Below are positions 51,278 to 61,326 of a stretch of 64,000 nt of DNA, in pieces (position 1 is the stretch's first letter; each line of letters opens with the position of its first letter). A program made the position numbers and the translations under genes. The notes beneath the pieces were generated by a model, which searched no databases, was not told the DNA's origin, and was given only the letters and a program-made list of their open reading frames with translations. Source of the stretch: Squalus acanthias (Eukaryota); NCBI GenBank assembly GCA_030390025.1, contig CM059425.1:162876001-162940000 (forward strand), read 5' to 3'.

Positions 51278-51837
51278 AGCTAATCTCTAACCTACCTCGA
51301 AAAATAGAGTCAGATAGTTGCAATCCCAGTGCAATTGTTTACAAGGCAACAATGCAGCACTAACTACATCGCCAGCATCAGCACCAGTGCTTCAGGCAAA
51401 TTCCACTGTTGTGCAGCTCCACTTTAAACAAGCATCTTTCCTATGTTGCCAGTGATGAGTACGGCTATTTATCTGTACTTGCTGTTACCTTTTCTGCACT
51501 CTAGAAATCACCACTCAGTCAGACGTCACAACTTCCTAGAGTGTGGGAAATTTGGATCTGTTCATTTGAATGCGGGTGTACCTGCTGACGGTTGTTGGAA
51601 TTCCAGAGCAACCACTCTTCCCAATGTTGCCATTCACCAAGTCTGTACGAGTCGGGTTTACCAAAGTTACCCGTACCTCCAACTTACTCAGAACCTACAG
51701 CTGCAGGATGATAACACCAGTGTCAGCTTTGCAGCAGCTAAGCAACCACCAATGTGTCTTTGAATTACAGTGGGTCATGATCATATAACAAAATGATAGC
51801 CTTAGAAAAAGGAAGCTAGTTCCAATTTCGAGAGATA

Positions 51838-53713
51838 GGCCGCGATTTCGCCAGCCGTGGTGAGTCCAGTGCGGCCAGAGTAGGCGGCAGCCTCATACCC
51901 TGCTCCTGTCTTCATCCCGCCTCTTCCAAGTGATTTTGCCCTGATTGGGCTTGCTAAGCCCGCCATGCAAGGTTACCGGCCAATTAAAAGGGAGCGGGTC
52001 TGATGACATGTCATCAGCCAGTTTCCTTAAAGGGACCATGTCCACATTCATTTTGACAGTTGTGCTGTCAGTGTTCTACAGCATTGAGGTGCTGCAAACA
52101 CTGACGAGCAATGCACAAAGGTGCACGGCTGCACACAGGCTCTCCCATGACTCCCACCATATGCTTATGGAGGGAGTCACAGCACGCAGGGAGGTTCTCT
52201 TCCCTTCCAATGGGCGGAAGAGACCTCCCCAGGACACCAATGCAGCCTGGTTGCACATTGCACAGGAGGGCACAAGCAGGAATGCTGTCAGGAGGACCAG
52301 GCTGCTGTGGCACAAACCTTTCAATGATCTCAGTAGATCACGAAACGTTACTGCAAAGCCACACTCAACCTCATCCTGCTGTGCCACTCATCACATCCCC
52401 ATCACTCTGCCTTCCCTACCCTACTCCTGCACATCCTTACTCACACCAACTTACCTTGCACCTCCACCCAACCCTCTCTAACTACATTATCACTTTCCCA
52501 TCTCACTAGCCACCCCTCACACCCACCCTCATCCTAGTCCAATCATACCAAGTAACAACACACAAGGGTAGGCACTTGGGTGTTTTCGCCAATGTTGGTG
52601 TAAACTTTCTGTTAATGTGCTGTCAAACATTGAAGTCCTTATTTTCACCACACTGCCTTCTTGGACAGATTTGTGTGCACCTTTGGAAGTGTCTTAGTGA
52701 GTTCCAGTAATGGTGAGACATAACGTTGCCCCCCCCCGGCCAGTGGTGATGAGTGTGAAAGGAATGGCTTGGACATTGTAGGGATGCTTTATGGTGCTGG
52801 TGTGGGGTGGTGGGCTGGTGCATCATGTGGCAGCCAGGGTGTACAGCACTAAGTGACGCTAATCTGGACATGGTGAGGCCATCGCTGGCGTCCTGGGCAG
52901 CAATGTGCACGGGTGATGATGCCCTGTGTCCAGACTTCACCTGACGAAGGATCAGCCGCTCCGAAAGCTTGTGATTTCAAATAAAGCTGTTGGACAATAA
53001 CCTGGTGTTGTGCGACTTCTCACCTGTGTCCTGTGCAGCATCAGTTGATTGCGGTGAAGGTTGGTGTTGTTGTTGGTGCTGCTGGTGTGCCCGGTACTGC
53101 TGGTGTTGGGGCTGATCGTGGTGGGATTCTGAGGACCAAAGTGAGATTTTTTCAAGGGCACCGACGGTGATGAATAGATGGCAGGTGAGGTTGAGATGAC
53201 AGAAGCGATCTGTCAATGGTGAGAGAGGTTGTTCCGATGAGGTGACACTGGATAGAAAGTTTGCTCCAAACACTTGCTAGCTGCATAAAGCTCAATCTGT
53301 CTTCTAAATGCAGTAAACAACAGGTTCTAACCTTGGAAAGTGAAGACCTATGAAATGGGAGCTTTCATAGACCATTTGCAGCTGTCAGGTTAGTAAATCA
53401 TTCCATGCCGACACAACACCCGACCTACTTACCTGACGTGATCCCCGTGCACTGGGAAACTCGTGGAAAAGCTGGTAAAATGGTAAGTACATGGTAAAAT
53501 GGTGCTTAACTACCTTTAAATAAGCTTTTAACTATCTAAATTGACTGACCCGCCACTTGGTGTCAGGTCTGTTCAGGGATAACAGACCAGACACTTGGGA
53601 AACTGACAAGGAGGCGGGTTTACAGTGGGATACCGACCTGCTGTCAATCTTTGTGATTTTGACAGCGGACCAGCCTCCAAACCCGCACTCTGAGCGCTGG
53701 TAAAATTCCAGCC
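51838..53713 (+). mobile_element. Non-autonomous Harbinger derivative with a Myb/SANT exon remnant
   Basis: Imperfect TIRs, ATA/ATA TSD; RLSHDS...EGVTARREVLFP...AAWLHIAQE...KPFNDL. Confidence 0.85.
52932..53022 (+). ncRNA. 91-bp insertion containing a minimal type I hammerhead ribozyme core
   Basis: tcac CTGACGA a gga tcagccgc tcc GAAA gc TT gtga; flanked by the direct repeat cctgtgtcc. Confidence 0.75.
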
Positions 53714-54168
53714 ATAGTGACAGCTCTAATTAAAGGAAAACAAAAGAAAGTGAAAGATAATCTTTTGCCTTTGATTTCTAAAATGAATAATGATGTTATA
53801 TGTGTCCCTTTCATGTTCAGATGAACTAAAATGCTGACATTAATATTAAAATGTATTAATGGAGAGTTTCAGCAGTGAAAATGAAAGTGACAGTTTTATT
53901 TTAAAGATGAAAGCTTAGTAAGTGTGTGAAGTAAAATGTTGTTGACGCTATATATATAAATTCTCCTGGGTTATTTGAATCCAAACATCGTCAATACAAC
54001 AGATTAATTTAATGGGGGCAGAATATAATACGTTCAATAGTGTTTTTCGTTTAACACCAGGCTGCACTAAGAAGTTGTTATTGGGCAGTCAAATATTTCA
54101 AGACTGATTTCAAAATGCGATCATTTTGCGTGTTTTATTTTGTTTCTAACTCAGACACAACTCATAAT

Positions 54169-54868
54169 GGCTCGTATTTTCCGACCCCCAAGGGTGTGTA
54201 CGAGCTGTGTACACACCCGTAGGGGCCTCGCAAGTGCTGGTTTCAGGCATGTGAAGCGCATGCGCTAAAACCCAGCACTTCCGATCTGTCAAGAATCCTC
54301 TTGACAGATCCTCCGCCTACCCTGGAGAAGGGCCTCTGCGGGCAGGGAGTTCCGCTTTCTGCAGAACCTCCGCCCGCTGAAAACCTTTATAAATCTTACG
54401 CCTGGTAAAAGCAGGCGTAAGGCCTGCTTTTACCAGCAAAAGAGTTTAAAAAGTAAAACTCATTTATAATTTAAAAATACTTTTAAAAAAGCTAAGTTTA
54501 TTTTTAGTCCCGTAAAAAATTTAATATTTTTTTCAAAAAATTAAATTTTTGTTTAAAATATTTAATTTAATGTAATTTTAAATACATGATTTTTTTTAAA
54601 TTTATTTAATATTTTAGTGTGTTTTTTGAGTGAACCCCATTCATACTTTTGACAGGTCTATGCGGAGAGACCTGTCAAAAGTGTGAACCTTCTTTGATTG
54701 GTTCCCCATGGCCCACGTGATCCCAGGGATATTTGCAAACTGCCTGCGCCCCTGGGATACCTGGGCCTCTGTGCGTGCGCACCAGGAGAGGCCCAGGATC
54801 GGAAGTGTCGGGACCTACGGAGCCAGCAGGTAAGTTCGCAGATTTTTCCAGATCGGAAAATCCGGTAC
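54169..54868. mobile_element. Harbinger-type MITE (CACGTG/CCAAT family, reverse orientation)
   Basis: Termini ggctcgtattttccga / tcggaaaatccggtac; core ggcccacgtgatcccag. Confidence 0.78.
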
Positions 54869-55218
54869 AAAAGAATGGAAAAAAGCAGGCAAGAAAAATA
54901 ATCACACTGCACTTCAATATGCTGGAAAATGCACGAAAGAATGCCAAAATACCAAAAATTCCAATTAAATAAATTTTCCATCATCACAACTCACTTCCCT
55001 CTTAAAAATGTCTAAATCCACCACTGCAAAAATTGCATTTTTGTGCACTTCAATTTGTCTTCCCCCTATAGTACAACTGATGTAAAATTGGTTTCAGCTG
55101 CAGCTTAAGTTATGATAAGTTCGTGTACCATCTCATTCCCATTGTAACTGCAGCTTACCGTATGTCGTACGTGAAGCCATTGGGTTTCAATTTTTACAGA
55201 AAAACAAACTGAAATGAA

Positions 55219-56995
55219 GGCTGGATTTTTCCGGGGGGTCAGCGGGAGGGATCAGTGGCGGGTCGGGTGGGAAATTTGATTTTTTTTTGACAGTGAGTCG
55301 GGACCCCTCCGCAACGCACCTTTCCCAATGGCGATTGTGTGATCTCCGATCCGACATGACCCGCAGAGGCGGGCGACCCAATTAAACCAATTTTTGGGTT
55401 GTTGACAGACCCTTAATAATGCTTTCAACCGAACCTTTTAACTTTAACTGCTCGCCCACGGGGTCCACGCTGCTCGGGGACCACGTCTGTGAACGTGAGG
55501 CGGAAGCTGAATGGCCGTTGAATCAGCTGATTAGTTGACAGCTTGAAATGTGCTTTAAAACCTCCCACCTCACAGCTGTTCACTTTCCAAGTGCAGAAGC
55601 TGTTGCTTACTACATTTAGAAGACAGATTGAGCTTTATGCAGGCTGCAAGTGTTTGGAGCAAACTCTCCATCCAGTGTTACCTCATTAGAACAACCTCTC
55701 TCACCATTGACAGTTTGCTTTTGTCATCTCAAGTTCACCTGCCTTCTATTCCATCAGCATGGGTACCGTTTATATTGTTTCACCTTGGTCCTCAGAATCT
55801 GATCACGATCAGCCCCAACACCAGCAGAACCAGGCACACCAGCAGCACCAACAACACCAACCTTCTCCGCAATCAACTGATGCTGCACAGGACACAGGGC
55901 ATCAGCACCCAACCACATTGCTGCTCGGGACGCCAGCGATGGCCTCAACATGACCAGATTTACTTCACTTGACGCTGTACACCCATATGGCTGCCACATG
56001 ATGCACCAGGTTGGCACCACCCCACACCAGCACCATCAAGCATCCCTACAATGTCCAAGCCATTCCTTTCACACTCATCACCATTGCGGGGGGTACCGTT
56101 ATGTCTCACCATTCACTGCAACTCACTAAGCCACTTCCAAAGGTGCACACAAATCTGTCCAAGAATGCAAAATGTTGAAAATAAAGATTTCAATGTTTGA
56201 CACCACATTAACAGAAGCTTTACATAAATATTGGATAAAACACCCAAGTGGCTACCCTTGTGTGTTGTTACTTGGTATGATTGCACTAGGATGAGGGTGA
56301 GTGTGAGAAGTGGCTAGTGAGATGGGGATGTGATAATGTAGATAGAGAGGGATGGGTGAAGGTGCAAGGTAAGTTGGTGTGAGTAAGGATGTGCAGGAAT
56401 AGGGTAGGGTAGGCAGAGTGATAGGGATGTGATGAGAGGCACAGGAGGATGAAGGTGAGTGTGGCTTTGTACTAATGTTTTGTGACCTAATGAGATCATT
56501 GAAAGGTTTGCGCCACTGCACCCAGGTCCTCCTGACAACATTCCTGATTGTGCCCTCCTCTGCAATGGGCAAACAGGCTGCGTTGGTCTCCTGGGGAGGT
56601 CTCTTCCGCCCATGGGAAGGGAAGAGGACCTCCCTGTGTGCTGTGACTCCCTCCATAAGCATATGGAGGGAGTCATGGGAGAACCTGGGTGCAGCCCTGA
56701 ACCTCTGTGCAGTCATTGTCAGTGTTTGCAGCACCTCAATGCTGTAGAACACTGACAGCACAAACGTCAAAAGAAAGTTGACCATGATCCCTTTAAGGAA
56801 ACCAGCTGATGACGCATCATGAATGACGTCACCAGACCACTTCCTCCAAATGGCCGGGGAAACTCGCTGGGCGGGCTTAACAAGCCCTATTAACGTAAAT
56901 TCATTTTACGCAGCGGGATGGAGCCAGCAACGGGGACGTGACCTGCCACCGACACCGCCCGCACCGGACCCACCGAGATGAGCAAAATCCCAGCC
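55219..56995 (-). mobile_element. Sister of the 51838 element, inverted
   Basis: Termini ggctggattttt / aaaatcccagcc; GAA/GAA TSD; APRFSHDSL...RRTWVQWRKPFNDL. Confidence 0.87.
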
Positions 56996-58433
56996 GAAGA
57001 GTGTGATTCAGAAAACACCAATAAAAATTCCTAAAGTACAAGGTAATGAAAAGGAATTTAAATATTCAGCAACCTTAAAGCAGTGATCGTGGTCACAAGT
57101 CTTTTTTCGGGCTATTTTGAAGTTGTATGTTGTATGTACATATGTTGGTGCTCACATAGGCTCCAGTGCAGCCTAACCTGTCCCCTCCCTGTGCCTATTC
57201 GCCTCCATGACCATCTCTCAAAGCTCCACCTTCTCTCTTGCGCTGCCCATCAACTCTACTTCCTATTTTCTCCTGGGTTGTTCGCAGCAGTGCCCAGGAG
57301 ATTTCACTTCAATTCTACAGACTCCTGGACAATCCTAGAAGGCTGGCAATCCTACTCTTGCACCTTATCAGCATCATGAAGGCTGCATTCAATACTGGAC
57401 AATTCCCCCTTTCTTTAAATAAACAGTTCACATTACACTTAATGTTTAACAAAACTCAACACTCTTTTGTCTCCCCAATATCCTTTAATAGCCTAACACA
57501 GCAGCAAACTTGCCACTTCCTCATTGCCCAGCTGCAGATTCTATGCAGACTATTACAACATCACTTAGGTGCATAGAATGGCCAATGCAATCCATTGCAA
57601 ACTTTAAATTAAATTGTATATACTAGCAGTTTAATTTGCTATAGCTTTTTTTTGCCTCTGCCACAGCTGCTGCATAATATCTTTAACCATTGAAGCGCCT
57701 TTGATTAACTAGACTTCCAATGGTGAAACACTCCACTGAATTCACCTGCTCTTCTATATTATCATATCTCTCCAGTGGCACCCTGCAGGTGCCTCCTCCC
57801 GTCGTTGCCCAGTAGAAGGTATTCTACCACGGTAAGAAGCACCTGCTTCTTCCAGCGATAAACTGCCTCTGTGCACTTTTCCTTTGAAATCTTCTTCAGC
57901 CTGCTTTCAGTACTAGCGAGCTCTATAGCAAATTCTCTGCCACATTTTGACAGTTTCAGCCAGAGAGTCCTTCCCGAGTCCCGTCATCTAGTTATTCATT
58001 CTGTTTGCGTTCTTCTGTATTGTATTCTGTCCACATTGGCTTAATAAGTAAATGTAGGGCTTTCTTGATACTTTCAGGATTTTGCAATTGATGTCAGAAT
58101 CAAGACAGTCTAAACCAAAGCATCCGATTGGGTGGCTTCAGGGTTACAAGATAAATGTGATGGAGTGGTACCTGGGCACTCATTTATACTGTCTGTTTGT
58201 ATCGCTTTCGGGGGAAAGGTGAAAGTCACAAATCCATCTGGAATGTGGTTGCTATGGTCAGTCACTGAACAGCGTTACAACCTGAATCTGAAGCCCAGAG
58301 CTTCCCTTTCTCATCTGGTTGCAACATAGCTCCTGCCTGTACATGTCCATGTCAGCAAACTCATCATACAAACCTGCACTGATGCACGAATCTGCTCTTA
58401 ATGTTCCTATTATGTTGCTGTTACAAGTATAAC

Positions 58434-59175
58434 GGGCCAGAATTTACGGTCAGAGGCGTAACTCTCCGACCCCCCAAAAAATTCAAACCTACCTGCTGGC
58501 TCCCGGGCTTCAGAGACTTCGGGTCCTGGACCTGCAGGTGTACGCCTGCGTAAAGGCCCACGGATCAGAGGGACACAGGCGGTTCGGAAGCGCCCTGGGA
58601 TCACGTGGGCCAAGTCCTCCTATCAGAAAGGAGGATTTCATTGCTGTCATTTCCGAACGGAATCCCCTAATGACAAGCAATGGAATCCCCAAATAATTAA
58701 AGAATTTACACAATTCTAATAAAAATAAATGCTCCCATTTTCACATTTAATTAAAAGTCCCTTTAATGAAGCATTTACAATAAAAATTTAAGTTTTTGAA
58801 AAAATTATTTCAAATATGTTAATCCAGGCCAAAATTTACATAAACTATTTTTAAATGTTTGTAGATGATTTTTTATTTTTACATTTTTAATTTAACATTT
58901 ATATTAACCCTTACGCTGGTGAAAGCAGGCCCTATGCCTGCTTTTACCAGGCGTAAGGGATTTGTGGGTATTTGCTGGGCAGCAGTTGAGCAAATAGCCC
59001 AACTCTGCGCCAGCGAAAGTGATTTTTCTTTCAGTTCTGAGGATCTGCCAAGGCGAACCGTGACAGATTGCAAGTTCCGGGTTTTCACGCATGTGGAAAC
59101 CCGGAACTTGCGGGGCCTTTTACAAGGCTTACGACAGCGTGCGTACGCCATCATCGGCCCCCCTAAATCCGGGCC
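58434..59175. mobile_element. Harbinger-type MITE (CACGTG family)
   Basis: Termini ggccagaattta / taaatccgggcc; core ctgggatcacgtgggcc. Confidence 0.78.
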
Positions 59176-60348
59176 ATTAATACCATTCTACCTCCTTGCT
59201 AAAGCAAGACAGCCAAGGCTGTATTTCTGAAGAAGAGCAGTAACAATTAACATTTAAGCTATTACATTTAAGGACTAACTTTATTTTTCTTGGGCCTTGT
59301 TCAAAATATTTCTGAGTGATGGTTAGAAATTACTATTAGTGGCATTAGTGGACAAATACTTATCACATTTGTATCGTATTGCTTTATCGCCTACTTTAAC
59401 AAGGGTGTCTTGGGTTAATGCATCTAACATATCACTAACAGTAATTTTTACTGTTGATCTTTTAGTGATATTCAGGAAACAACAAGACAGTTATGCTAAA
59501 TTAGCTGTTACTGCCTATTGTTCTCATTTGATGTAAAGAGCATAACAAAAATAGCAGATCATAACATCCACAAAATTACACTGCTCATGCCAAAGTTGTA
59601 ACCATTTCTGCTAATTCCGTCTTATTTCCTGACTGTCTTTTCATAATTTTGCTCAGATTAGTAACTTGTAACTTTTATTTACAGTAACTGGTTCTTGCCC
59701 AAGCAGTTCAAACCTCACAGGAAGGGTGAGTCAAAGTACCGGTGGGACAGCAAACCACCAAATTAAATTCAGTGCAGCTTGTGATACTTATAATCTGTGC
59801 CTGTGTGCAGATACAGGATAAAAGAATAGGAAATAGCACATTTGTGTGTGACAAGCAGCAATGATGCCCTAACAACCAAACAGGACAAACAAGGCAAACA
59901 TTTTCCTCTCTCAAATAATTAGCCAACCCAGCCCAACTTCTTGATACTATAGACCCTCAAAGGAGTACTTGCACGGAACAATTTTGTTATTTTTCACACG
60001 GTTCATTCCGCTTAAAGATTTTTTTTTTTAATTTTAAAACCACCCCTTATAACAGTACATTTATAAAATTAATGCAGTCCAACCCTCTTATGTTGACATT
60101 TCGGGGGCATTCTAATTTTGCCAACATAAGAAGTTCCCTTTGAATCGATGTGAAATTGAGCAGACAGCTTGCTATTAACAGACTGAGTGCCAGGACACCA
60201 CACCGGAAGATCAGGAAAGTGGTGACAATAATTTGAAAACCTAACAAGGCTCTAATAAGGCTTCTTACTTTTTGCTAATTCATTTTTGGAGGGTCGAAGA
60301 CGTCTCAGCAGCGATTGCAGGAGTGAAACCACAAGATGAAAGAGTTTA

Positions 60349-60482
60349 CAAAAGCAAAATACTGCGGATGCTGGAAATCTGAAACAAAAACAGAAAATGC
60401 TGGAAATACTCAGCAGGTCAGGCAGCATCTGTGGAGAGAGAAACAGAGTTAACGTTTCAGCTCGATGACCCTTCGTCAGAAT
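60349..60482 (-). repeat. Penelope-type terminal repeat with a minimal hammerhead core; partial tandem copy at ~60645-60718
   Basis: Minus strand reads tt CTGACGA a gggtc atc gagct GAAA cg TT aac; one mismatch in stem II. Confidence 0.75.
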
Positions 60483-60944
60483 GAACGAGTTTGTTAGTCC
60501 GGGTCGGGCACTTTTTGTTTATATGTGCAGAGAAGGGACTGGGACTTCACTTTTTTGTCGACATAAACGGGTTCGAGATCAGTGGATAGGATTGTATTAA
60601 CGGAAGAATAGATTTGCTAGTGCGGCACACCCAGCCTCCCCCGAGTCAAAATAGAAAATGCTTGAAACAAACAGCAGGTCAGTGAACATCTGTGGAGACA
60701 ACAGAGAAGTTAACATTTTTAAGAAACATTAGCTCCTCTGTTTCGTTACTCAGAGAGTGGAACTCATTACTCCATGGAATGGTTGAGGCGAATAGCATAG
60801 ACGTACTTAATGGAAAGCTAGATAAGTACATGAGGGAGAAGGGAATAGAAGGACATGCTGATAGGGTTAGATGAAGTAAATAGAGTGGGAAAGCATAGAT
60901 CTATTCGGCCGAATGGCCTTTACCGTGCTGTACATTCAATGTAA

Positions 60945-61326
60945 TTCTGTATGAGTGCTGAGCAGCAGTGTTGGGGTTGCGGAGGGGAGTCATGAGCCAG
61001 GTGGAGATCAGATAGCCATTGTCTCCGAGCAGCCAGCCGCGAGCTTGATGTGGTGGCTGGAAGAGTGCTGGAACACTGGTCTGGCGCAGGATGAAGGCAT
61101 CGTGGCTGCTGCCAGGATAGCGGGCATTAACGGTGAGGATTCGCTGTCTATGATCGCACAGCAACTGCACATTAAATGAGTGGTATCCTTTGCGGTTACG
61201 GAATACCTCAGGATTGTTATGAGGTGCCCGCAAAGCGACGTGGGTGCAGTCAATGGTGCCCTGCACCATGGGAAAGCTCACTATCCTGGCAAAGCCACAT
61301 GCACACTCATCCTGCTTCTCTCTGAT
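60945..61326 (-). pseudogene. Harbinger transposase internal fragment
   Basis: GTIDCTHV...ARYPGSSHDAFILRQ...WLLGDNGY, very similar to copy B. Confidence 0.92.

Noticed and set aside
51443..51788. Two overlapping plus-strand ORFs after a pyrimidine-rich acceptor
   Set aside because: No recognisable domain and no good donor
57083..58050. Pyrimidine-skewed region that looks like decayed minus-strand coding sequence
   Set aside because: Frequent stops and no motif I can assign; probably an old retroelement remnant
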